DNA of 64,000 nt from an uncultured Acidimicrobiales bacterium (GTDB lineage: Bacteria > Actinomycetota > Acidimicrobiia > Acidimicrobiales > SHLQ01): the NCBI GenBank assembly GCA_938084885.1, contig CALKGG010000023.1, positions 35,065 to 99,064 on the forward strand, read 5' to 3'. The notes under the pieces are model-generated. The model had not been told where the DNA came from, searched no databases, and saw nothing but the letters and a program-made list of their open reading frames with translations. The translations under genes were made by a program, and so were the position numbers. The number at the start of each line of letters is the position of its first letter. Within the stretch, counting starts at the first letter, position 1. Of the stretch, positions 1-9,193 are shown piece after piece.

Positions 1-63
1 CGCCAGAAGACATTCGGGCCGACCTCGCTGATTTTTTCACATCAGAACTGTCCTAAACAACGC

Positions 64-154
64 TAATCGTGCTCGTTGGGGTCAGACCCCAGAGGGCATT
101 TTTAGGCGTAATCGTGCTCGTTGGGGTCAGACCCCGGAGGGCATTTTTAGGGCG
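64..154. repeat. Tandem direct repeat, two copies of a 45/46-bp unit
   Basis: 64-108 and 109-154 are identical apart from one A/G change and one extra G. Each unit carries the palindrome GGGGTCAGACCCC followed by GCATTTTT. Copy 2 overlaps the stop codon (147-149) of the minus-strand gene. Confidence 0.9.
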
Positions 155-566
155 TGAACACGTGGGCGTTGTCGGCGAACGACTTGAACTCGAGGGCGTT
201 GCCACTCGGGTCGAGAAAGAACATCGTGTGCTGCTCGCCGGGCTCGCCCTCGAAGCGGACATGAGGTTCGACGATGAACTCGGTTCCGGCCGCCACGAGT
301 CGATCGCGAAGGGCGAACCAATCGGTCAGGTGGAGGAGCGCCCCGAAATGGGGGACCGGCACAGCGTCACCATCGACGGGGTTTGTGCCCGTAACGCCGC
401 CACCAGTCTCGACCTCGTGAATAACCAACTGGTGGTCAAACATGTCGAAGTCGACCCAATGGGCATCTGAACGCCCTTCCGCAAAGCCGAGAATCTCACG
501 ATAAAACGCTCGTGCAGAAGCGAGGTCGTGAACAGCAATAGCGAGGTGAAAGCGCGGGCGAGTCAT
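147..566 (-). CDS. VOC (glyoxalase/bleomycin-resistance/dioxygenase) family protein
   Basis: 139-aa ORF. The N-terminus FHLAIAVHDLASARAFYREILGF and the C-terminal FFLDPSGNALEF are typical of the VOC fold. Confidence 0.75.
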   Translation of the reverse strand: MTRPRFHLAIAVHDLASARAFYREILGFAEGRSDAHWVDFDMFDHQLVIHEVETGGGVTGTNPVDGDAVPVPHFGALLHLTDWFALRDRLVAAGTEFIVEPHVRFEGEPGEQHTMFFLDPSGNALEFKSFADNAHVFTP

Positions 567-603
567 GTGCTTAGCCTACGACAGGTGCCGATAGTGTCGG
601 AAG

Positions 604-1800
604 GTGAACAGCGCCCCGGCACGTCTTGTGACACCGAGATTTGCGGTCATCACCTTGTCGGCACTGTTCTATTTCATTGGCTTCGGGATGCTCTTGCCCA
701 CGCTGCCTCGATACGTCGAGGACGTGCTCGATGGCTCAGCGACCGAGGTTGGCCTCGTCGTTGGATCCTTTGGCATCTCGGCTGCGATCATCCGCCCACT
801 TCTTGGACGGATCGGCGATGTGTATGGCCGTCGCGTCCTGTTGGTGTCGGGTGCGTTCATCTCCGGCGCAATGGCGTTGCTCTATCCCGTGTGGGCGTCA
901 ATCCCGATCTTGATCGTGCTCCGATTGATCACCGGCGTGGGCGAAAGCGGAGCGTTCGTCGGCGCCGCGACCGCCATTCAGGACATGGCACCAAATGACC
1001 GACGCGGCGAAGCAGCGAGCTACTTTAGCCTGGCCATCTACGGCGGGCTCGGGATCGGCCCCGTCCTCGGCGAATGGCTCTTTTCGAACTCGGGATTTGA
1101 AGGGGTTGTGCGTGCGAGCTTTGCCATCTCGGTCGTGAGCGCAGTTCTCGCGTTCGCTACTCCCGCAAAGGCACCGGTGGTCGACCGCCCCGCCCCGAGC
1201 GTCACCAAGCGGACCTTCCTCAACCCAGCAGCGGTCATTCCCGGAATGATCTTCTCGGCATCACTGATCGGTGTTGTTGGATTTACGACCTTCATCGCGC
1301 TCTACATCGACCGACTCACGAGCGGTGAGAGCAGCTCGGCGCTCGTGTTCGTCACCTACGCCGCCGTCGTGGTGTTCCTCCGCTTGTTCTTTGCGAGCGC
1401 ACCCGATCGACTCGGGGCCCGGAACGGCACGATCCTCGCGCTTGGCTTCATCGCGGTTGGTCTGATGATCATGGCCCTTTGGGGATCGCTCGCCGGCGTC
1501 TACGTGGGTGTGCTCGTCCTATCGGTCGGTGTTGCCTTCAACTATCCGGCGCTGTTCTTGTTCGTCATGAACAACACCGAGGATCACGAACGGAGCCATT
1601 CGGTGGCGAGCTTCGGGTTCTTCTTCGATGTGGCCGGTGCGATCGGGGCACCGTTTCTCGGCCTCGTCGTCGACGTGACTGGCAACGAGCGGTGGGCGTT
1701 CGTGGTCGGTGCTATTGCGTCGGTTGCTGGGCTGATTGGGTTGCGGTTCGTCGACGGGCCCGCCCGTCACCGAGCGAGTACATCAACGCCGGTAACGTGA
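604..1800 (+). CDS. MFS transporter
   Basis: 398 aa, about 12 hydrophobic segments. The loop motif GRIGDVYGRRVLL between TM2 and TM3 is typical of MFS. Confidence 0.8.
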   Translation: MNSAPARLVTPRFAVITLSALFYFIGFGMLLPTLPRYVEDVLDGSATEVGLVVGSFGISAAIIRPLLGRIGDVYGRRVLLVSGAFISGAMALLYPVWASIPILIVLRLITGVGESGAFVGAATAIQDMAPNDRRGEAASYFSLAIYGGLGIGPVLGEWLFSNSGFEGVVRASFAISVVSAVLAFATPAKAPVVDRPAPSVTKRTFLNPAAVIPGMIFSASLIGVVGFTTFIALYIDRLTSGESSSALVFVTYAAVVVFLRLFFASAPDRLGARNGTILALGFIAVGLMIMALWGSLAGVYVGVLVLSVGVAFNYPALFLFVMNNTEDHERSHSVASFGFFFDVAGAIGAPFLGLVVDVTGNERWAFVVGAIASVAGLIGLRFVDGPARHRASTSTPVT

Positions 1801-1801
1801 G

Positions 1802-2722
1802 GTGATGAGCGCGAAGATCACCGAGTGGGGTCCCAACGAGCGGCATCTGACCGATCGAGTCAGTGTGTTGATGGGCGAGAATAGCGGCGCATATCCCAGC
1901 GGCAATTCGGTACTTATTCGCGGTACTTCAGAATCGATGCTCATCGATCCGTCGCTCACCGTGTATGAAAATGGCGGTGCGCCGATCATGGTCGATGCCG
2001 TGGTCAACTCCCACGGGCACGAAGATCACATGCCGTGTAACGGCCTGTTCGCCAATGCGCGGGTGCACGTTCACGCTGAGGACCTGCCCGCTGTGCAGAG
2101 CCTTGACGGTTTGATGGACGTCTTTGGCTTTCCCGAGCATATTGCAGCAGATCAGCGAATCTTCTTCGAAGAGGAGATGCACTACACGCCTCGTCCCGAC
2201 GCCGAAGGCTTCACCGACGGGCATGTCTTTGATCTTGGCGAACTCACGGTCACCGCAATGCATCTGCCCGGCCACACCCGTGGGCACAGCGGGTTCCATA
2301 TCGATGGTGGCGTCTTCTTTCTTTCCGATATCGACCTGACCGGTTTCGGCCCGTACTACGGCGATGTGTGGAGCGATCTCGACCAGTTCGAGCAAAGCCT
2401 GATCGATGTCCGTGAAGTCGAGGCCGACTACTACGTGACCTTTCACCAGAAGGGCATCATCGAAGGCCGCGAACTCTTCGTCTCGATGCTCGACAAGTTC
2501 CATGGCGTCATTGGTCGCCGTCACGGCGAGATGCTCGAGTTCCTCGCCGAGCCACGAACCGTCGCCGAGATGGCCGCCCGCCGTTTCGTCTACCGCCCAC
2601 ATGTCGACATTCCGTTCGTAGAGACGGTCGAGACTCGAACCGCCGAACTGCACATTCAGCGAATGCTCACTCGGGGTGAAGCAACAGAGGTCGACCCCGG
2701 CCGATACCAGTCAGCCGTCTAG
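1802..2722 (+). CDS. MBL-fold metallo-hydrolase
   Basis: HxHxDH motif (NSHGHEDH) and a later HLPGHTRGH. Starts 2 nt after the MFS stop; an ATG at 1805 is also possible. Confidence 0.8.
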   Translation: MMSAKITEWGPNERHLTDRVSVLMGENSGAYPSGNSVLIRGTSESMLIDPSLTVYENGGAPIMVDAVVNSHGHEDHMPCNGLFANARVHVHAEDLPAVQSLDGLMDVFGFPEHIAADQRIFFEEEMHYTPRPDAEGFTDGHVFDLGELTVTAMHLPGHTRGHSGFHIDGGVFFLSDIDLTGFGPYYGDVWSDLDQFEQSLIDVREVEADYYVTFHQKGIIEGRELFVSMLDKFHGVIGRRHGEMLEFLAEPRTVAEMAARRFVYRPHVDIPFVETVETRTAELHIQRMLTRGEATEVDPGRYQSAV

Positions 2723-3189
2723 GAACCGTCGAGGTCTAACACGGTGGTGTCGGTGACGTTGCGGATCGCGAAATTGCTGCGCACTCCCGTGACGCCGGGA
2801 AGCACAGCGATCGATTCTCGATGGATCGACTCGTAGTCGGCAACGTCTTTGCACGTGACGTGGACGAGGTAGTCGGCCATCCCTGCCATGAGGTGACAGC
2901 TCTGAATGTGCGGTACGTCGAGGACCGCGGCTTCGAACGTGTCGAGGAGCTCTTCGCGCTGGCTCTCGAGTGAGATTTCGACGAACACCGACACGCCGCG
3001 TCCGACGAGTTCGCGGTTGATCATTGCGGCGTAGCGCTCGATCACGCCTTCGGTTTCGAGGCGGCGTACTCGCCGGTGGCATGCCGAGGCGGACAGACCG
3101 ATCCTGTCGGCAAGCTCGGTGTTGGTGACCCGCCCATCCTCTTGGAGTGCCTTGATGATGGAATGATCTATAGCATCCAAGTCAATCAT
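2719..3189 (-). CDS. Lrp/AsnC family transcriptional regulator
   Basis: 156 aa. N-terminal HTH (LDAIDHSIIKALQEDGRVTNTELADRIGLSASACHRRVRRLE) plus a C-terminal RAM/AsnC_trans_reg-like half. Divergent from ald. Confidence 0.9.
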   Translation of the reverse strand: MIDLDAIDHSIIKALQEDGRVTNTELADRIGLSASACHRRVRRLETEGVIERYAAMINRELVGRGVSVFVEISLESQREELLDTFEAAVLDVPHIQSCHLMAGMADYLVHVTCKDVADYESIHRESIAVLPGVTGVRSNFAIRNVTDTTVLDLDGS

Positions 3190-3338
3190 TCGAAGATTCT
3201 ACGGCTAACCGGCGCTTTTGGTGAAGTTTGCGTGCATGTATCGAGTGAACAGGCGATGAATTTGCAACCATCCATCGGTCGTCTGTCCGTATTCTGTGGT
3301 TTCAGGCACACCACTCAGAAACGAAAGAAGGTGCGGAC
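3190..3338. promoter_or_regulatory. Divergent lrp/ald intergenic region (promoters and likely Lrp operators)
   Basis: 149-bp spacer, visibly more AT-rich than the flanking coding DNA. GAAAGAAGG sits ahead of the ald ATG. No specific operator is asserted. Confidence 0.4.
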
Positions 3339-4466
3339 ATGCGTATTGGACTGCCAAAGGAAATCAAGAACCACGAGCAGCGCGTCGGACTCACACCCGA
3401 CAGCGTCTCCGAACTGACCCGCCGTGGACACTCCGTCCTCGTCGAGACCAACGCTGGTGTCGGCATCGGCGCCGACGATGCGGCGTACACCGCCGTTGGA
3501 GCAGAGATCGCACCCGACGCTGTGTCGGTCTTCGATGCGAGCGAAATGATCGTCAAGGTCAAGGAGCCACAGGCTATTGAACGGGCCATGCTTCGTGAAG
3601 ACCACACGCTGTTCACCTACCTTCACCTCGCCCCCGACGCCGACCAAACAACCGATCTCGTCAACAGCGGTGCAACCTGCATTGCCTATGAGACCGTCAC
3701 CGACAACGCCGGCGGGCTCCCACTGCTTGCGCCAATGTCGAAGGTTGCTGGTCGCATGTCGATCCAGGCCGCAGCCAACTATCTCCAGCAGCCCAACGGC
3801 GGTTCGGGAAAGCTCATTGGTGGTGTCCCCGGTGTCGCCCCGGCAAAGATCGTCGTCATCGGCGGAGGCGTTGTTGGCCAGCATGCAGCCGAAATGGCCA
3901 TAGGCCTCGGCGGCGACGTGACCATCCTTGACCGAAACAACGATGTGCTCGACCAGTGCTCCTCTCGATGGGGCGCTGCGGTCAAGACCCTGTACTCGAC
4001 AAGTGCTGCGCTCGAAGCCGAGGTCGCAGCTGCCGATGTCGTCATTGGCGCCGTGCTCGTCAAAGGTGACACCGCGCCCAAGCTCGTCACTGCCGATATG
4101 GTCCGCGGAATGCAGGCCGGTTCGGTGCTCGTCGACGTTGCTATTGATCAAGGTGGAGCGTTCGAAACCTCACACGCCACCACGCACGCAGACCCGGTGT
4201 ACACCGTCGACGACGTGGTCCACTATGCCGTTGCGAACATGCCGGGCGCAGTGCCACGCACCTCGACCTACGCCCTCAACAATGCCACGCTGCCATTCAC
4301 CCTCGCACTTGCCGACATGGGGCCAAAGGCCGCAATGATGGCCATGCCGCACCTGCGCAACGGACTCAACGTCAGCGCAGGCTCGGTTACCGAACCGCAC
4401 GTGGCCGACGCGCTTGGTTATACCTTCGTCACCGCTGACGACGCAATCGCCAAGCTCGCTGCCTAA
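3339..4466 (+). CDS. ald: Alanine dehydrogenase
   Basis: 375 aa. MRIGLPKEIKNHEQRVGLTP N-terminus and the NAD-binding VVIGGGVVG motif. Classic Lrp-ald divergent arrangement. Confidence 0.92.
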   Translation: MRIGLPKEIKNHEQRVGLTPDSVSELTRRGHSVLVETNAGVGIGADDAAYTAVGAEIAPDAVSVFDASEMIVKVKEPQAIERAMLREDHTLFTYLHLAPDADQTTDLVNSGATCIAYETVTDNAGGLPLLAPMSKVAGRMSIQAAANYLQQPNGGSGKLIGGVPGVAPAKIVVIGGGVVGQHAAEMAIGLGGDVTILDRNNDVLDQCSSRWGAAVKTLYSTSAALEAEVAAADVVIGAVLVKGDTAPKLVTADMVRGMQAGSVLVDVAIDQGGAFETSHATTHADPVYTVDDVVHYAVANMPGAVPRTSTYALNNATLPFTLALADMGPKAAMMAMPHLRNGLNVSAGSVTEPHVADALGYTFVTADDAIAKLAA

Positions 4467-5374
4467 CGACCGAGAACGTTCCGAAGGCTCGTCGTTGCCA
4501 TTCGCCGCATCGACGGGTCGTCGGCCGAACTCTCAAGAATCGCTGTTGCGTGGGAGAGCGCCCAGGCTCGCGCGCGCTTCCACGTATGCACATCGATACT
4601 GCGGCCGTTGACGGCGGACCGTTGACGAAACGTGTTTCGGTCATCGCCGTTGTCGATGACCATCCACGCAATCATCAGATCGTTGGCGGGGTCACCCGAA
4701 GTAATGTCGCCAAAATCGATAACCCCTGCGAGGCGGCCTCCGCGAACGAGAATGTTCATCGGGTGGAAGTCTCCGTGTAGCCACACCGGAGCGTCACCCC
4801 ACGCTGGTGTCCCGGCGAGTTCTTCCCACAACTGCGCAACCGGCGCCGTCTCAACGCCGATCTCGGCGAAGATGGTGTCGAGCCCCGCGATACGTGTTGC
4901 CACAGCCTCGAACCGTTCCGAAAGCGGAACGCCGCGATAGGGGTTGATCGGGGCGTCAGGCGCTGCGGGCTTGTGCAGCTCCCGCAGAAAGCCGGTCAGC
5001 TGGTCGATGAGCGTTTCGGTCGCGACCGCTGGCGCATGTGCGAGGGGAACTCCCTCGATCCACGGCACGACGCTCCAATGCCACGGGAAACCAAACGCTG
5101 GGCGGCCCGCATGCATTGGCGCTGGAATCTCGAGCGACAACCCGTCCTTGAGCTCGGGAAGCCACCGCTGTTCGTATTCGAGCAGCGGTGCGCCTTCCTT
5201 GCGCCGCGGCAAACGAACAGCATGATTCGCTCCGACTCGGTGAACTTCGTTATCCCATCCAGCAGCGACGAACTCGATTGGTTCGCCAGCCAAGCTAGGT
5301 ACGAACTCTTTCAGCAAGGAATCGATGAGGTCGTGGCTGATTTGGATGTCTGCGGGGGGCTTGTTGCCGGGCAT
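4463..5374 (-). CDS. Phosphotransferase (APH/choline-kinase-like) family protein
   Basis: 303 aa. Brenner motif HGDFHPMNIL and the DFGD metal-binding motif. GGAGG lies ahead of the ATG. Confidence 0.75.
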   Translation of the reverse strand: MPGNKPPADIQISHDLIDSLLKEFVPSLAGEPIEFVAAGWDNEVHRVGANHAVRLPRRKEGAPLLEYEQRWLPELKDGLSLEIPAPMHAGRPAFGFPWHWSVVPWIEGVPLAHAPAVATETLIDQLTGFLRELHKPAAPDAPINPYRGVPLSERFEAVATRIAGLDTIFAEIGVETAPVAQLWEELAGTPAWGDAPVWLHGDFHPMNILVRGGRLAGVIDFGDITSGDPANDLMIAWMVIDNGDDRNTFRQRSAVNGRSIDVHTWKRARAWALSHATAILESSADDPSMRRMATTSLRNVLGR

Positions 5375-5426
5375 GTCATTCCTCCAGAATCAGAGCGTAG
5401 GCCCTTGGTCGCAAAGCGACGGGACT

Positions 5427-7634
5427 TCAGCTGATCAGCGCGATGTTGGGCTCGCCGCTGGTGATCGAACCAATGATGGCGCACGTATGGCCAAGTTCGG
5501 TGATCGCCCTAACCGCATCGTCTGCCGCTTCGGCGGGAATAGCGGCCAGCATTCCGCCCGCAGTCTGGGGGTCATAGATCAGCGGCACGCGCGGATCGTG
5601 AGACGTGGCTGCTCCCGGGACCGAGGCGACGTTGCTTTCATACAAATGCGATTGGATGCCGGCCCGTGAGGCGTCGAGGGCGCCAGCAAAGAACGGCACG
5701 GTGTCGAGGGTGATCTCCGCGGCGACAGGCCGATCCGCGGTCGAAGACTCACGCACCATGCCAAAGAGGTGCCCGGCCAATCCAAACCCGGTCACGTCGG
5801 TCATCGCCGTAACTCCGGAGTCGACAAGCACCGTCGATACCTCGCCCTGTGGCCGTTCGAGGACGTCGAGCAGTTGCACGATGTCTTGACCGCGAGCCTT
5901 GCGCTGCATTTCGGCTGCAAAAAGCACGCCGGAGCCGAGCGGTCGAGTGAGTACGAGCTTTTGTCCAGAGGCTGCGCCAGCGAGGCTGACCACCGAGCTT
6001 GCTATTCCGGTGACCGTGTAGCCAATCGACAGCTCGGCCCCCATCGAGGTATGGCCACCAACAACTTCGGCGCCGGTCCCCTCGAGGGCCTTGCTCGTTC
6101 CGGCCATGATCTCGCCAAGCCATTCTTCTTGCAGACCACGGCCGAGCTGGGGAAGGGTGACGGTGACGAGAACGGCTTGCGGCGACGCCCCCATGGCCCA
6201 CGCATCACCAAGGGCATGAAGGGTGGCAATGCGAGCCATCCGGTATGGGTCGGTGATGAATGCTCGCAGCTGGTCGGTCGTGATGACTTGGGTGATCGAC
6301 CCGAGCTGCAGGAGCGCAGCGTCGTCTCCGGGGAGCCGAACAACGTCGGTGCGCGTCGACGCTGGAAGGTCGCCGAGTGGTCCAGCGAGAACATCGAGTC
6401 CAACCTTTGCTCCACATCCCCCACACAGCGGCGGATGCTGATCGAGCTCGGCGCGCAACCCATGCACCGAGTTCTTTGGCGGAGGATCAGTCGCCATCTC
6501 TGGAAGGTCGTTGAGCTTGTCCATGAAGTCTCGGTCGATCTTGTCTTTGAGACGCCAGAGCGCAGGCCCGCTGACAAACCGTTTGTACTTGTCCGCTCCA
6601 GCCGATTTCCCGCCGAGCGAAATCAGCTTGAGGTAGTCGATCTGCGGGTCGAACTTTTCGAGTTTCTTCTCGCGGAGCAACCCGGTGATGTTGTTGGTCA
6701 ACACCGGTGCCTGGCGAACGGCGAAGACCCCCGCCTTCGGCCTCGGGGCGAATGCCATGTGGGCACAGTCGCCTGCAGCAAACAGTGTCGGGTGGCTGAC
6801 CGACCGCAGTGTTTCGTCGACGGTGATGAAACCGTCGTGGGTATCGACGCCGATGGTTTCGATCCAGTCGTATGGGCGTGCGCCAGCAACGCCAACAACA
6901 AAATCGGCTTCCACCGTGACACCAGAGCTGAGGACGACTCCTGATTTCGTCACGTCGGTCGCGCTCACGTTCTCGTAGCAAATGACGCCCTTTTCATGAA
7001 GCACGCCGCCGAGCCCGTGCCGAGCCTTCTCACCGACCTCGCTCAGAATGGTGCCGGAGTCGATCAGCGACACGACCGGCTGGTGACCAACAGATGTCAG
7101 CCGGTGCTGCATTGCCATTGCGAGCTCGCTGCCGCCGAGCCCTCCACCGATGATCGCAATTGTGGGTGGGGTGGTGGGCCGTTGCGCAATGGTCGTCTCG
7201 ACAAACCGTGTCCACGAGTCTGCGAAGTCGTCGAGGGGTCGGGCTGGCGTTGCGTGCTCGGCGAAGCCTGGCATTGCGGGCATCTTTGATGTTGTCCCGA
7301 TGTCGACCGAGCATATGTCGTAGGGGATCAGCGGACGGCCTGGCACCGTGATCGTGCGGGCCTCGGGGTCGATTGCGGTGGCCTTGCCAAGGATGAAGCG
7401 AGCGTCGGCGAAACGGGCAAGTTTGACAATGTCGATGTCGAGTTCGCTTCGGGTGTAATGGCCAGCAACAAAGCCCGGCAGCATGCCGGTGTATGGGGCT
7501 GTTGGATGCGGGTTGATCACGGTCAGTCGAGCGCCGATGACCGGCTTCATTGCCCATGCTCGGAGAACGAGCGCGTGCGTATGGCCGCCCCCGACCAACA
7601 CGACGTTCTTCAGCAAAGGAAATGGAAGCTGCAT
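5427..7634 (-). CDS. selD: Fusion protein: FAD/NAD(P)-dependent pyridine nucleotide-disulfide oxidoreductase domain + selenide, water dikinase
   Basis: 735 aa. The N-terminal half has VVLVGGGHTH, IAIIGGGLGGSE and FAAGDCA. The C-terminal half has the SelD signature PPLCGGCGAKVG (Cys form), DDAALL, GGHTS and TDVTGFGLAGHL. Confidence 0.85.
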   Translation of the reverse strand: MQLPFPLLKNVVLVGGGHTHALVLRAWAMKPVIGARLTVINPHPTAPYTGMLPGFVAGHYTRSELDIDIVKLARFADARFILGKATAIDPEARTITVPGRPLIPYDICSVDIGTTSKMPAMPGFAEHATPARPLDDFADSWTRFVETTIAQRPTTPPTIAIIGGGLGGSELAMAMQHRLTSVGHQPVVSLIDSGTILSEVGEKARHGLGGVLHEKGVICYENVSATDVTKSGVVLSSGVTVEADFVVGVAGARPYDWIETIGVDTHDGFITVDETLRSVSHPTLFAAGDCAHMAFAPRPKAGVFAVRQAPVLTNNITGLLREKKLEKFDPQIDYLKLISLGGKSAGADKYKRFVSGPALWRLKDKIDRDFMDKLNDLPEMATDPPPKNSVHGLRAELDQHPPLCGGCGAKVGLDVLAGPLGDLPASTRTDVVRLPGDDAALLQLGSITQVITTDQLRAFITDPYRMARIATLHALGDAWAMGASPQAVLVTVTLPQLGRGLQEEWLGEIMAGTSKALEGTGAEVVGGHTSMGAELSIGYTVTGIASSVVSLAGAASGQKLVLTRPLGSGVLFAAEMQRKARGQDIVQLLDVLERPQGEVSTVLVDSGVTAMTDVTGFGLAGHLFGMVRESSTADRPVAAEITLDTVPFFAGALDASRAGIQSHLYESNVASVPGAATSHDPRVPLIYDPQTAGGMLAAIPAEAADDAVRAITELGHTCAIIGSITSGEPNIALIS

Positions 7635-7727
7635 ACCCTCTCAATCCGGTGACCTACCGCTCCTGAATCGTATCGACATCACGATTCCAAAGATCAAGGA
7701 TTGCCAAAACCTGCGGTCGGTTCGAGG

Positions 7728-9110
7728 TCAGTACTTCCAGCGACGGACCGAGCCGCCGTTCGTGTCGATCAACGTGCGGTCAAGCACCGAATGCGCAGTC
7801 GGGGAGAACGCGCTGATGCGACCGGTAAGGGCGCCTTCGGAGATGCTCCAAATGCCAAGACCATGCTCGTCGGCGGAGAACAGCTGGTCGCCATCGGCGA
7901 AGAAGCGGCCGGCCGGTCCGGCAAAGACGTTGACCTCGCGAGCGACGTTCGTCTCGCCGGGAGTGATGTCAAAGACGCGCACGCCGGAGATCATCTCGTT
8001 GTCTGGGTGGCCAATGCCTTCGACCGCTACGTGCCGGTTATCGATCCAGCAGAACCCTTGATTCCAGTAGTGGTTCTGGTGCGGGATCGTCAGACGTGAA
8101 GTGCCCGATTCTGATTCCCACACGTTGCTGCGAACCCATTCGAGGAGGCTCCACACGACCGGGCGACCCACCGGCTCCCAGTTCCAACCGTCGTTGAGCA
8201 GCTGGGTGCCATCCGGGCTCAGAAAGAGCGCCCCATGGAAGTAGTCGAGCTTCGTGTGTTGATCTTCGCCTTGCACAAACGGGGCAACGGTGCGTTCGGT
8301 GAGCAGCGTGCCGTCGGCGGGGTTTGAAACGTCGAGTCGATTCCATGCCGTGCGGTGCACGATGATCGTGTCGCCGCGGTAGTGAGAGAACGCGAGGGAG
8401 AACGGGACCGAATCGATGTGATCCTGGTCGCCGTCGAGGCGCATGGTGATTCGTCGCTGCTCGAGGTCGATGACGGATCCAGATTGGCCGAAGTCGGTCA
8501 CGACGGCTGCGAACTTTCCATCGGGAGAGACGTGAAGCTTTGCTTTGCGAACCGCACGGCGCGCTCCCGAGGGGCGGGCGATGGGGGCCAGCGAGACGGC
8601 GCCCTGTGAGATTGCCGAGTTGTCGGCGTGGTTCACGCGGACGATCTGGCCATCGGAGGTGAGGACGAAGGTGGTGTTTGCAACGTCCCGGGCGATTGCG
8701 ATGTCGGCGATGCTGTCCACCGCCAGTTCCGTTGCGATAAGACGGGCATCGACAGGCGTTGGACGATGACGAATTTCTGGATCGCCTCGGTGTCCTCGTT
8801 CTTCGCCCCAAACGTTGACGACGCCTTCGCTGCACGCGTTGCAGATGTGCTTGGTTGTGATGTCGTCACCAACCGAGCGGCGCTCGACACACGCCGGACA
8901 CAACAGCTCACAGTCCATCCCGGTTCCGAGATACCAGCGGTGATACGGAAGTGCTTCACCGGTGGCCACCTGAAGGTGTTCGCACACGGGAGGTTCGGTG
9001 TATGGCTCGTCGTGAGCGCACCAGCGAGCCTGGACTTGAGCATCTAGTGAAACACCTGTCATAGCTGTGTAATCGGCAGATCTGTCGGCCAATGGAGAAA
9101 AACGGCCCAA
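7728..9110 (-). CDS. Hypothetical protein: Cys-rich N-terminus + beta-propeller-like repeats
   Basis: 460-aa ORF. About 9 Cys lie in the first ~100 aa, including CPAC and CNAC pairs. Repeated SPDG/DG-containing strands follow (LHVSPDGKFAAV, FLSPDGTQLL, FFADGDQLFS). The start is uncertain (TTG 9110 or ATG 9062). Confidence 0.6.
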   Translation of the reverse strand: MGRFSPLADRSADYTAMTGVSLDAQVQARWCAHDEPYTEPPVCEHLQVATGEALPYHRWYLGTGMDCELLCPACVERRSVGDDITTKHICNACSEGVVNVWGEERGHRGDPEIRHRPTPVDARLIATELAVDSIADIAIARDVANTTFVLTSDGQIVRVNHADNSAISQGAVSLAPIARPSGARRAVRKAKLHVSPDGKFAAVVTDFGQSGSVIDLEQRRITMRLDGDQDHIDSVPFSLAFSHYRGDTIIVHRTAWNRLDVSNPADGTLLTERTVAPFVQGEDQHTKLDYFHGALFLSPDGTQLLNDGWNWEPVGRPVVWSLLEWVRSNVWESESGTSRLTIPHQNHYWNQGFCWIDNRHVAVEGIGHPDNEMISGVRVFDITPGETNVAREVNVFAGPAGRFFADGDQLFSADEHGLGIWSISEGALTGRISAFSPTAHSVLDRTLIDTNGGSVRRWKY

Positions 9111-9193
9111 GAGTTGTTCGGTATCTTCTCCGCCGTTGAGTATTCGACCATGGAAGGACCCGGCACACCATGTTTGACGACTAGACAGTTGAG

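Noticed and set aside
1-66. Possible 3' end of a plus-strand gene entering the window (frame 1 is open to the TAA at 64-66).
   Set aside because: Only 21 codons are visible, with no recognisable motif, so it cannot be supported.
5769-6944. 391-aa plus-strand ORF antisense to the selD fusion.
   Set aside because: Arg/Gly/Pro-rich composition with no motifs, and fully overlapped by an ORF with clear domain signatures. This is a typical high-GC antisense artefact.
7635-7730. The hypothetical ORF (7728-9110) ends in TGA and is in the same frame as the selD-fusion ORF 31 codons downstream. This raised the idea of Sec read-through in a genome that has selA/selB.
   Set aside because: A second in-frame TGA occurs at 7641-43. 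The intervening 28 codons are AT-richer and do not look coding. The selD ORF has its own ATG, and I saw no stem-loop just 3' of the first TGA.
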